NCBI GenBank assembly: GCA_038496445.1
Contig: JALMLS010000320.1
Coordinates: 124,001 to 188,000, forward strand
Reading direction: 5' to 3'
Origin: Trichosphaerium sp. ATCC 40318
Taxonomy: Eukaryota; Protista; Tubulinea
DNA: 64,000 bases
Shown here: piece after piece, positions 35,886 to 50,617 of the stretch
Layout: every line of letters starts with the position of its first letter
Position numbering within the stretch: position 1 is the first letter of the stretch
Made by a program: the position numbers and the translations under genes
Notes under the pieces: model-generated
The model's database searches: none
What the model was told of the DNA's origin: nothing
Seen by the model: the letters and a program-made list of their open reading frames with translations, nothing else

Positions 35886-36521
35886 TTAGTAACAAAACTC
35901 TCCCGGCTTAGTTGGACGGAAAATGTACCCTCTTTCACAGCAAATATCAACAGTTGGGTTTAATGTCAAGCACCTTAATTTACTGTCTTGACTAACACAT
36001 CCTGCGTGACCATTTATCCAATTGAAACCATCTCCTACACCGATTATAACTGGTCTTATCCCATGTGCATGAACAGCTGGAGCAAGAGAACAGACATCGT
36101 GAGGCTCGTTGAAAACATCAGTTATGATAGCTAGAACGTGTTCAATGCCAGGAGGGGAGTTCTGTATAGAAAACTCAAGTGCGCCGTTAATATCAAGAGC
36201 CATGGCACAACCTAAAAACCCTACAGAAGAAATGTGATTAAGAATGTACTGTTTTGTAAGTTCGTTGTATTCTTCGTTTTGAAAGCTTCCTTCTATGTTT
36301 ATCGTGTCACAAATGATGTTTAGAGAAATAAGAGTTCCGTATTCTGTTTCTCTTTCAATTTTTTGAGCGATACTGTTCATGAGTCTTTGCCAGTTTGATT
36401 CTGTTGTTGTGGGTGATGTCAAGCTAACAATGATCGTCAATGCTCGCTGTGGTTGCGGTGTTTGAGTATATACTTGAGATAATAGAGTGATAAAAAGGAA
36501 GGGAAGCAACAACGACGACAT
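35886..36521 (-). CDS. Secreted VWA-like domain protein (paralog 2)
   Basis: Signal peptide, then VLAIITD and HGIRPVIIGVGDG. Paralog of 4886-5548. Confidence 0.75.
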   Translation of the reverse strand: MSSLLLPFLFITLLSQVYTQTPQPQRALTIIVSLTSPTTTESNWQRLMNSIAQKIERETEYGTLISLNIICDTINIEGSFQNEEYNELTKQYILNHISSVGFLGCAMALDINGALEFSIQNSPPGIEHVLAIITDVFNEPHDVCSLAPAVHAHGIRPVIIGVGDGFNWINGHAGCVSQDSKLRCLTLNPTVDICCERGYIFRPTKPGEFCY

Positions 36522-36961
36522 GTTGTACTTTGAGGGTTTCTAACTGCGATTGCCTGCAGTACACAAATATTCTTTGAACACGTGACTTCATGTCTTATTC
36601 TTGTATTTTAAGGATTCGGGTCTACCCCGATTTTAGTTTCTACAGTCTACCAGCTATTGGCGGTTATTGGGCCTGTGTACATATCAACAAATGAGAAAAT
36701 ACTACAAACTGCCAAACACTCCCTCTATTTTGACATAGCAAAAGGTATTTGCAAAGCGAGTGTGATACTCTCAGAAAAACCACGTGGTTTTCACGTATGA
36801 AGTTCTCCGACAATGTTGCTTTACTAGTTAAATCACATGTGTTGTAATCTTCAAAAAACGATAGTTCTAACATGCAAGTATTGATTAAACCATTTGCTTT
36901 CGATACAAAATTTCTTTTTTTTGTGTTTTATTTTTCTACAGAAGTTTCCAATGTTGTTCTA

Positions 36962-37621
36962 TTAATACCACCACTTGGAGGTACCTGATTTATTTGTTAT
37001 TCTATAACCTCTTTCGCAACTGATATCAGTCGCCGGATTTAACGTCAAGCACCTCAATGCACTGTCTTGACTGACACATCCTTTTGGCATACCATACCGC
37101 CAATTGAGCCCATCTCCTACGCCAATAACAACAACCCTTATCCCGCGTGCATGAACGACTGGAGCAAGAGAGCAAACTTCTTGAGGTTCCTGGATACCGT
37201 ACGGTTGTCCATCTGTTACAAATGAAAGAACATGGTCTGATCCTTGTGGAGAGTTTTGTAGAGTAAACTCAAGTGCACCTTTAACATCAAACTCCATGCC
37301 GCAACCTACATATCGAGTGTTGGCGAAGTGAGCAAGGATGGCTGGTTTTGTAAGTTCGTTGTATTCTTCATTTTGAAAGCTTCCTTCTATGTTTATCGTG
37401 TCACAAATGATGTTTAGAGAAATAAGAGTTCCGTATTCTGCTTCTCGTTCGATTTTTTGAGCAATACTGTTCATGAGTCTTTGCCAGTTTGATTCTGTTG
37501 TTGTGGGTGACGTCAAGCTTACAAGGATCGTCAATGCTCGTTGTGGTTGAGGATTTTGAGCTTTTGATTGATATATTGCTACTAATACTATTGAGAGAAG
37601 TAGTAGAGAGGTCGCGGACAT
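36962..37621 (-). CDS. Secreted VWA-like domain protein (paralog 3)
   Basis: Probable start MSATSLLLLSIVLVAIYQSKAQ at 37621, then FVTDGQP and GIRVVVIGVGDG. Confidence 0.75.
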   Translation of the reverse strand: MSATSLLLLSIVLVAIYQSKAQNPQPQRALTILVSLTSPTTTESNWQRLMNSIAQKIEREAEYGTLISLNIICDTINIEGSFQNEEYNELTKPAILAHFANTRYVGCGMEFDVKGALEFTLQNSPQGSDHVLSFVTDGQPYGIQEPQEVCSLAPVVHARGIRVVVIGVGDGLNWRYGMPKGCVSQDSALRCLTLNPATDISCERGYRITNKSGTSKWWY

Positions 37622-38852
37622 GTTGTGGTTTGTGGGTTTGCGGAAACAGTGTCTATTAATGGTTCGGTTGATGGACTTGTATTCATTTAATTCTTTTCTT
37701 GGCTTTTTGTATTCTTCTCGTATGTTTAGGATTCGGGTCTTCACAATAGGATTGTACCTGTCCCAGAGGTATATTATTACATCAAGAAATAAATAACGTG
37801 CGAGTTTTTTCAAACTACAAACTGTAAAAAAACTGAGTTTTCAAAAACCGAACGTTTTCTATTCATAACGCCGACATGAATATCTACGAAGGTAAAATTT
37901 ACTACCCATTTAACATTAAACTGATTTGGTTCAGGTGTTTATCATGTGAGCAAGGCATACAAAATTACTTCGAGATGAGTCTTTGGACAAGCACAAAAAA
38001 CAAAGACAGCCGCTTGTTGATTAAACTCTGCCTTTATTAAATGTGTGAGCCTTTTTTCAAGATGCCTAAGCTCACCGAATAGTCAACTGTTCTTAATATG
38101 TATCATTTTGCCTTAATCGCTGTGATAAAAAGGTTACTGTGATCAGTTTGCACCTAAGATTACAAGTTTCAAAAAAAAAAACGTGGCAAGGCCGTCTGCT
38201 TTAGTTTGTATCGAAAGATAGAATGTTAGTATTACGCTGACATAAACATGTTACAATACCAACAATATACAATCTTGACATTGCATAGACTCACGTTGAT
38301 TACCAAAATCAATAGAAAAACCATGAGCCATTTGTTTACTTACTTATTTCGGAGTATACTTAAATGGTGATTAACTTTACAAACTTGAAAATGATCGAGA
38401 GTGTTAACAAGTTGCTTTAAAACAAGAGTGGGTTCGTTTAACTTCATAACTAAAAAACATACTGTGCTTGAAGCTTGAAGGAGCACATTGGAATGGTTCG
38501 TGTTCACGTAGACCTTCCCATACACGTTCACGAGAAGTAGGTAGAGGTAAAGGCTCATTAATAAATTCTTGCAAGGGCAACAGTAAAAACGGGTAAGTAT
38601 TTATACAAGATCTACACGTGAACTGGCGATAAGGTTAGTCACCTTGAAAAAGCTAAGTAGCACCCCATTCCAGGTAAATACATGATACATTCTTAACAAA
38701 ACAATACTTTATACTTGTTTTTGTGGGACACACAAATAAACAAAAAAAAAGTTCTTCGTTTTTCCCACATTTTCTTCTGTTTTGGGGAATAATTCACAAA
38801 ACCAGTAAAAACGTACGCGCTCCATAATTAAAAAATATACCTACCAAAAGGC

Positions 38853-41800
38853 ATGACGTATCATACAGTGTTTGCGTTGCTTATTGCGCTTACATTATAC
38901 GCTTCTCTATCAATTGCACAGACGACTGAAGCTCCAACTACTGTAACGCCTTCATTTGAAGCACCTACGACTGAAGCTCCATCTACTGTACCGCCTGTAG
39001 TACCCACAACCGAAACACCAACTATTGCTCCGCCTGTAGTACCTACAACTGAAACACCAACTACTTTCCCGCCTGTAGTACCTACAACAACACCAACTAC
39101 TGTCGCACCTACAACTGAAGCACCTACAACCGAAGCTCCATCTACTGTACCGCCTGTAGTACCCACAACCGAAACACCAACAACTGTAGCTCCAACAACT
39201 GTAGCACCTACAACTGAAGCACCTACAACTGAAGCACCTACAACTGTAGCTCCAACTACCGTGCCACCTACAACTGAAACACCTACAACTGTAGCGCCAA
39301 CAACTGAAGCACCTACAATGGAAACTCCAACTACTGTACCACCTACAACAACCGTAGCACCAACAACCGAAACTCCATCCACTGTGCCACCTGTACCTAC
39401 AGGCCCAACCCCACCTAACACCGGAGGTACGGTTTTATTTTTGTTTATTGCAACTATCGTATCAACTTATTTTTTGTTCATAGAATGTACACTATTCGTA
39501 TCTCTAAAAGCAAAATACTCGCAGGTGCGCAAGATTCAAAAAAAATAAGTTTTCTCCCTTCAACGCTTTTTTTGTTTGTCTTACCCTTACGTCTACTATT
39601 AGGATGGATCAAAGTCTAATCCTTATTCAGACGTAACTAAAGCTCTTGCGAAACCAAACCCAAGGAGCGATCGAGTTATTTGTGTCGATGGTTAGTAGCA
39701 TTTTGTTTCAAAGAAAAAACCAAAGTCAGACTTTTCGTTTACTGCTCTATTTTGACTTATAAATAGGTGGTGACTATAAGTATACATATGGAAAACCTGT
39801 ACCCCTAGTCAAAGATGTAGTCATTTTATATAAACCATGGCTCACTTCAGCGCCAGCAACTGGTGTTACTATATACGTATGTTATGTTGTTTCTTCAACT
39901 CTTCCTTTCGTTCTTCATCAATGTTTCTTTTCTCTATTGTACTTTTTTATGTGTAGTTAGATATCCGTACTAGTTGTACTGACTTGTGTTTTAGGCAACT
40001 GTCAGTATGACCGTCAATGTTGCTATATTCAAGTTTAAAGATCCGAGAGTAGCGATTTTGGCAACAGATTACGGTAATGTTGGTGTTGCTTTATATGATA
40101 CAAGAATATCTGATGATGGATGTACGTTTGGTTTTCCAAATTGCGAGAAAAAAAAAACGATCGGCTACAGCTAAACAACATGTTTCCTTTTTTTTTCTGA
40201 TAAATTTGTGTATCAACATCAAAAGCTGTATTTGCTCTTTTGGTGATATACACCTTTAGTAATATACTACATGTATAATCTTTTATACCATATTTTAATT
40301 AATACCTACTGCTTAGTGTTCAACGTCTATGGCAATACTCACAATACAGGAGTAGTTATACTAGATAATGTTGATATTCAAGTAGAGTTGGATATTTCGC
40401 AATTATTTGGTGCTTTGTCTGTCAGAATACAAGACTCTAAAATATCAAAAACTCGTCAACACATTAGAGGTAACCAAACCACAGCCCTTTTATTTCACAC
40501 ATTTAAAACAACTTACCAATTGAACAAAACAAAAGAAAACAGCTTTTTATCCCTCAACACCAGAAGGAATGAATTTTATATTTATTGCACTTGCTATTTT
40601 ACCTTCCAAGCTAAGGGTTGTATACGACTTCAATTGTTGTTTTGAATGGAAATATTAATAGTTTAGAACCTAAAACAATCTTGCTTTTGTTTTCTTCGAA
40701 CTCGTTTCTCTTCATTAAGTTCTAACACGTGTTTTTCTTTAGCTGATTCAATCAATATCACAAATACACAATTTGACTTGATGGGTCTCCTGGAGAACTC
40801 ACAAGAGTTCATAACTCCAGATCTCACATTTGTCAGCAACAATGTAACAAACTGTGACGTTAGAAAATCAGGATCAGTATACAAAAACTGTCTGTGGTTC
40901 TCACAAGTTACTTATGATTCCGACTCATATACCGCTCTAATTTCCAATAATACCTTCTCTGGACATTCAACATTCTTTTCTCTATGGTCACGTGAATCAA
41001 AGACTTATAAAAGCTATGGAGTAACTATTACATACAATAACTTTGGATGTCCTGTATGTAAAACGTTGCTAAAGCATGAACAACTTTCTAACATCACTTT
41101 TTTGTCAGGGTAACAATGAAGTCATGTCATTTAAAAATTATGAACCAAGGACTTTCATTTCCGACAATACTCATTCTTGTATAGGTACGCAACACCATTT
41201 TGTTGACAATGACCACATCTAACTTGCTTTAGTTCGTTGTGCTCCAACAAATCGTGTATACCTTTACCTTACTTGTTTGCCTTGTGCAGAGGGTAAAGTG
41301 CAATCTGAAATCAGTCCAAATCAATGCAAGTCCTGCGATCCTGGATATTCACCAATGTACTCTCCTGGAGTTTGTAACCCATGTCCAAAAGGAACATATG
41401 AGTACGCAACTAAAAAACTCGTTTTGAGTTTTACTCTTCGTTATTGCTCGTGTCACGTGACTATTTTGAGTTTTCTCTTTTTTTTTGAAACGGTTTGAAA
41501 CTTCCTGTCGTTCTTACTCTTCGCCAAGATCTGAGGGTATGTGTAAAACATGCAAAAGTTCAGTTACATATACCGATGTAACAGGAAGTATTGCATGTAA
41601 TTTCTGTGCTTCTGGTGAATTTGCTTCAAAGAGAGCAGGTGATTATGGTAACACATACTGCTTCAAAGATAAGGCCGGAGCCCATGGATTAAGGGGACTA
41701 TTGGTTATTGTTATTGCAGTAGTCCTTTTGGTAGTCTTATGTACGTTAAAACATTCAAAAAAAAAACTCGAAGATTAGAATTCTCTTGACTCATTTTTAT

Positions 41801-41878
41801 TGTTTAGGTGGTATAATAGGCGTCTGTATATTTTTTATAAGACGTAGAGGTAAGACTGGATACGTACGTATCCAGTAA
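38853..41878 (+). CDS. Type I membrane surface protein: mucin-like PT repeats, beta-helix-like region, Cys-rich repeats, TM, short tail
   Basis: Signal peptide, (E/V)APTT repeats, GSKSNPYSDVTKAL, and CxxCxxG repeats (PCAEG, SCDPG, PCPKG, FCASG). TM segment LLVIVIAVVLLVVL, with tail RRRGKTGYVRIQ*. Confidence 0.8.
38921..39420 (+). repeat. Coding 15-nt-unit Pro/Thr repeat tract
   Basis: Repeated gaagcacctacaact/gtagctccaactact units, plus a duplicated EAPSTVPPVVPTTETPT block. Confidence 0.9.
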
Positions 41879-42230
41879 GCAAAGAACGGAAACTGTTGTT
41901 TAAGAAACAACCTATTTTTAAAATGACATCAATTGTCACTCACCAATAAACGAAACAATGTTTGCCCTTTAATCAATCATGTGTAACCACTCAATTAATC
42001 AGCATCTCTGTTAAATGAGCGACTCTTTGATGCAAGTTATAGTTGCTAACCGCCTGCCGATTGATACTTATAACCATATTCAAGAGCACAGAGAACAATA
42101 AAATGAGGACCAAAGAGAATAATAAAATCGAGACAAAGGTTTACATTAAATAATTTAGGTTCTTTTTTTTTTCGTTCTTTATTTTGGTGTTCACTGGTAA
42201 GCATACAGTTTAGATAACGATATGATAATA

Positions 42231-44356
42231 TTATTCCATCATCCTACATAATACAGCTGTAATATAAATAAAATAACCAGCAATTGTAAGTGCAATAACA
42301 TGATATAAAGCACGTAATTGACGAACTAATCCATTTGTTTTTTTTGTTTCTGATTTTGGTCTTTTCTTATTATTCGGGAAAATCATTTCTTCTCTCTTAA
42401 TACGACCCAGTAAAACTCCCATTTTTTCACCTGCATGCCAAGCATATGAACCAAGAGCTATACCGCCAGCAGGACCTGAACAGAACTTTTTAGAACGCAA
42501 TAAATAGCACAAGGAAAACTCTTTCTCAAAAGCATTCAAACTGTTGCTGTTCTTTATCCTCGTTGCAACCCTGGATTTTCTACCATGTGGTAATGACAAC
42601 ATACAAGGTATAGAGGAACGGGAGAGCAACAAAAACAACTTGAACGGTTGAATTGTAAAACAAGAGTTGTACCTGTATCAAACCCAGGAAAGAATAAAGT
42701 TGAAACTACACTTGATTCACATTGTCCATTACTTTTTGGCATTTGATAGCTAGGCATTACTTTAAACTCAAAAGGAGAATATTCACATTTAAATCCATTA
42801 ACCAGAAAAGACTTTTCATCTTCAAAAACACTTCCTAGCGTTGTTCTATAACCTTAAATACAAAGTAAGAATAAAATAAGAAAATGAAGAAAAAGAAACA
42901 TTAACCAAAAAACTAACCTGTCGCCAAAATCACGCCATCAAATTTTTCTTCTTTCATGCCTTCAAAAACAACACCATCTGATGTAAAGTTCTTTATATTA
43001 TATGGTATAACCTTAACCTTTCCAGATCGAATATGCTTTGAAAGACCCCAATCAAGAGTAGGAAACTTTCCTTTAATAGCATATGTCAAAACAGGTGGAT
43101 GTTTTGGTTTCTGAACACCATACTTTGACAAGTCCTACATTCCTTCTTTAGCGTATAATGAGATACCCAATAATAACTTACCTCTGATACTTTACTTAAA
43201 AGCATATCAGCAGCCCATTGACTATGCCAAAAGCCTTTAGTATGCTTGTGCATCCAAAAATCTCTAATTAATCCCTCATTTGTATACATCCCAGTTACAA
43301 AGTTATTTAACTTTGTTATAAACGTGAACCATCCTTGATCTATAATATGTACAGGACTACGTATAAGAATAGATACATCAGCACCAGACTCAACCTAATA
43401 GAAGTAAGTAAAAATCCAACAAATAAAGTGAAATCCAACAGTTTTCTTACACTTTCTAAAGCTTGCTCAAACGCGGAGTTACCCGCGCCCACAACGAGAA
43501 CTTTTTTGCCTTTATAGTTCCTACCATTCCTAAATGCTTTGGCTGTTTGCATATCTAAGAAACGTTATAAGCAAAACAGTTAAAACAACGCTTTTGACAC
43601 TTTTTCGTTTAAATGAGGTTTTTTGAAACTTGATTGTTTTTCACTCGTACCACCTTTAAACTCTTTCAATCCCGGAAAATCAGGTATATATGGTTTACTT
43701 ATAATACTTGTTGCTACTGCAACCATTTTTGCGCGATAAGTATGGCTTTTTGTTTCTACTTCCCACAGATACTCTGTGACTGGCTCTGATACATCTTGAC
43801 CGCATTGTCCATGGTATTTAACGCGTAAAACCTCACTGTTCAAGCGAACGTGATCGTTCAATTTGTGATGAGAAGCATACCGCTCAAGGTCTATATTTAA
43901 CGATGAGGAGTACATTTCAAGAAAAGAATTGCCACATGACGACGGTGTAGTGAAGTGTCAACAAAAAAGTGCAAACGTTGTTAACGTACAGCTCACAACC
44001 TGCTTCCGTGGCTTCAAAAACTCATAGTCCGCTTTCCATTCTTCTGGAGTGTTCCATAACCACATAAAACCATTGTGATGGTGCAATCTGTCATACAAGT
44101 TGCGCCAAAAGTATCCTAGCGTAGCTTTGAGTGCATTGCAAGGACTTTAACAAATTATACGAGGTTATTACAATAAAACGTAGCCATTTCGCTTGCGTAA
44201 GCGTAATAATACACTACACGTACCTATGCCGTCTCCTTTCTCTAATATTACGAAATCATCTTCCCCACTCGATTTAAGTGCTGCAGCTGCACCTATCCCA
44301 GTCCAACCAGCCCCCACGAATACGCAAGATACGGAGCTTTCTCTTTTAGCCAACAT
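42231..44356 (-). CDS. Flavin-containing monooxygenase (class B), multi-exon, C-terminal hydrophobic segment
   Basis: VGAGWTG (FAD binding), WRNLYDRL, PYIPDFPGLKEFKG, VLVVGAGNSA (NADPH binding) and DGVILATG. Confidence 0.9.
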
Positions 44357-44712
44357 TGCGCAATTTACAAGTTTTGTACGCGTGCTGTAGACTACAATTG
44401 TTGATTTTTTATACTCTACAGCAAGAAAGAATGGAAGAGATGTGGAACGAATGCCTAAAAAGGTGAAGTACTTAGGAAGAACTATTAAGCCGGCCCGATG
44501 GTCTAAATCGCTAGCTAAACGCAGTAACTCTTATACTACAGTGGTTTCGTGTCCAATGGTAAACTTCCTACATCAAGGTGTACAAATTTTCAAGAAAGAA
44601 AAAACAAACGAGTACGTTTAGTGTCCCTTACGTTCATGCACAATTTTAATACAATTGGAGTAATACTTTACTTTAATATTCAACAAAAAAAACAAGCGTT
44701 ATCATTTTCTAC

Positions 44713-46137
<1,425 letters not shown>

Positions 46138-46438
46138 GGTGATAAATACGGTATTACTGGTACAGCTTCGTAATTTTTTGTGGCGGTGAGCCTAGGCCGG
46201 TCAATTTTCAGTCAAAACAATATTTGTAAATTTTTTGCGTTAGTTGATCTTTTGTGCATTTCCATTTGTTCGAAACGCACAAAATCGCTAAGCTACACGT
46301 TCAGTGTTGCACAGAGTTCCTTTTGTAGTTGTGTAGGGTGAAAATAATGGTCAAAAACAGTAATATCGAATAAGAACACAAAATATTTCATAGGAAACAG
46401 CGGCCACGCGAAGTTTTCCTCGATAACAGGTGTCAACA

Positions 46439-48773
46439 ATGATGCGGTTACTTTTAATCGCTATTTTATTCCTCGTCTCCACGTGCGCTCTAAACGGTAT
46501 GTAACTCTCGTAAGAAGACTATAATAGCAACCAACACAATTTCAAGTCACCTAGCGCGCTTGCGTTTGTGTCCCTTTATGTAATTGTTGACAAACTAAAC
46601 AAACTTTCCAAATTGTAATATAGCCTCATAACGCACGTCTTGTAGCTACGCTGTACGTTGAAGACTGTAGAGATACGTATTTAGACGAGGAAAACCCAGA
46701 CAAAGATTACTCAACAGTATCAAAACTTTGTTGGAGAACACGTGATACAATCGAAGCGTGGACCTTGCTACACTATAGCATCTTCAACAGAGAAGGTAGT
46801 TTTATTTCACCATGTTGTTACCAATAAACATGCGAACATAGGAGGCCCAATACCAGATAATGTGGATATTGAGAGTGCTACGTTTCACACTAAGTTCGTA
46901 TCAGACCCGTACGGATTAATTTGAAGGTTTGGTTTTGCCCATTAATGCCATAAAGTTGCAATATTCGATTTCACGATTATAACACACCATGGAACGACAC
47001 AGATACATTTAATTCAGTTGGAATGATAAAACGTAATACCCAACAAAAAACACGTACACTCACGTCATATTAGCTGAAGAAGGGCGTGACTTTGATGGAC
47101 GTCAAGGATATCGTCTTAATGTAGAAGGCGAGATAAAAGATCACGTTTTTGATGTCACTGAAAGTGTACAATCATGGAGCTCTGGGAAAGAAAATCACGG
47201 ATGGATTTTTCTTCAAGGAAACACTGTTCCCCATGAATGTAACAAAACAGACTACGGTATTCTCGATGGGTACGTGGCAATACCATGGACCAAGAAAGCG
47301 CCTTTAACCTTCAATCAGTTGTGATAGCGGACCAGTATACTCGCCTTGGCTAGATGTTGTTTATCACCCAACTTTTAGTTGCGAAATATTTAGTGATTTA
47401 AGCACGTGATAGTTAGTATATTTGTATGCTCCTTTTAGTAATAATACTTTTTTTTTCTACAGCTAAATCAAGAAGATATGATTCACAAGTACCTGCATAT
47501 AGTAACGTGTGTTTGTTTTGTGAGTCAAACATACCAAACGGACCAGATTTTAGTTTATACTCAAATTCATTACTCGTACAAGATAAGAAGATTGCAATTG
47601 AGAAGCAAGTGGATCAAGAAGGTATTGTCGTTAATTTTACGAAGCCTCTTTAACACTCCTCAATAAGACTCGATACAATTCTGCTTTGTAATGCCGTTCT
47701 TTGTGTTTACACAAAAACGAGACGTGGAACAAGTTACAGTTCAAGTTTCTTTCGTGTGCGTCCTGGCGTGTAGTTTCACTTGGCTCATACTTTCCAAGAT
47801 ATCTTCCAAATAATAGACAGGTGTCAATGAAAATACCTTACAGATCAAGACCACAAGAAAACATAAGTACGCCATGATACACAAAAATATGACCTGACTG
47901 ACGCGGTTATTTTTGCTTAGCTTGTGACACTTTCAAATGTGAAAATGGTTCGGTGGTTATACCAGGAGATCTTGAAATATGGGCAAATCACGTGACAGGC
48001 AGTAATGTTACTATACAAGGCGATTTAACAATTTTCAATAATGGTGAGTTGCATAGATTCCTAAGCTGTTGTTTACTTACTTGCGATGTATAGGCGTTAT
48101 TACAATTACTGACAACAGCAGTATTTCTGTTACTGGGTGCACCTCACTTGCTGGAACTTTAGAACTCGGTGTTGATACTTACATTTCCACCCTGCGCGAA
48201 ATCCGAGTACTACAGTCTGAATGCATCAATGTACTTTTGCGCGAAATTTAAAAAAAAACTAAACACTGTTTAGGGCACATTCGATGTAGTCACATTGCGT
48301 AGTAACGTGCAGCAAGACTCTGTATGATGTTTTTCTTATATATTACAATGATCAGTGCTAAATACATCTGACAGTATATTTAGGATCCATGTACAACGCT
48401 TGATACCACACAAAAGCAAGAAAACGGCTTCTTGAGTGTTCTTGTTAGCAGGCGAAATACTTGTGGTTCTAGTGACAATGACCCACCGATTTATGTATGG
48501 TTCGCTGCTGCCGGTTGTTTATTGGCATTGATTATTGTGATTTCGGTTATAGTAATAGGATTCTACGTTAGGTATGTGACTTTCTATAAAACCATTTTTT
48601 GGAAATACAAAAAAAAATAAATTTCGAAAAAAAAGTTACTAATGATCAAAAATAGACGCAAGCATTCAAAAGATGAAGAAGAGAGACTTGATATGGCTCT
48701 AGCAGATGCTACTGCAACGCCTTCAAAGATAAATACACCTCAAACTACATTAGACAGTACTGCAATACAGTAA
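46439..48773 (+). CDS. Type I membrane protein with an N-terminal DNRLRE-like domain, multi-exon
   Basis: Signal peptide MMRLLLIAILFLVSTCA, then DTYLDEENPDKDY, FDVTESVQSWSSGKENHGWIF and PWLDVVY. TM segment IYVWFAAAGCLLALIIVISVIVIGFYV. Confidence 0.7.
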
Positions 48774-49315
48774 AATAGAATAAAATTTTTAGCGTTTTTG
48801 AAAACATAAAAATAACCAAAAATACACATGTGTTAGGCTACGACTTTGTCGGGTTGACTATTTCAATCTCGCACAATGGAGCACGCTTCCAAACCTTGTT
48901 TGTCGCGTTGTGGGAATGTCAAAACTTTACGGCGTTTTCGTGTCGTTAAACGATTTTAATGCTCTATTCAACGTGCTCAAGTGGTATTAAGCGTAGTGCA
49001 TTAGGTGTGGTTTGTTGTAACTGCTTACTTGCGCCTTTGGAAAGGTATTGCATGCACAAAGTTATTTTGAGTGTGAACGAAAGGCGACGTCGCTGTTTAA
49101 TTGAAAAGTTGAATTACAAAAAACCAAACCGAATTAACACTTCCTTGCAACTGAGCGTTGAGTGTGGGACAACAGAAAGCAGCCATTTACCCGGAGCTTA
49201 AGCAAGTGGCCGATACGGAAAATTGGCGTTTTTTCGACGTCAGGTATTTATTTCTTTCAAGTAAGAAACAACTTAAAGTAAATCCACACAAACCAACACT
49301 ACAACTACTTATACA

Positions 49316-50304
<989 letters not shown>

Positions 50305-50617
50305 TTATGTAATATTAAGAACCGCCGAAAGATCTCATACGGTTTACACAAAAATAAAAGTTGTGATTTGTCAATAATACGCTTGCTGTGTTGTTTTTAT
50401 TTTGCTACTTAAACTTTATGTCATTTAAACTAAATTGTTCGTGCGAACGTGTGTACGATTACTTTAAGGAAGTCGTGCGCCACCGTGCGGAAGTCAAGAT
50501 CTTATTAAGTTGCGCTTTACCCGAGTTGATTTGAAGTATATTTTCAACTTCCAAAGTAAAAAAGCCACTAATTTCTTGCCCTGAACTCTCCTTAACCATT
50601 TCTATCGTATTAGAGAG

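Noticed and set aside
38861-39421. Val/Gly-rich minus-strand ORF (likewise 26782-27210 and 10088-10732)
   Set aside because: These are antisense shadows of repetitive or biased plus-strand coding sequence.
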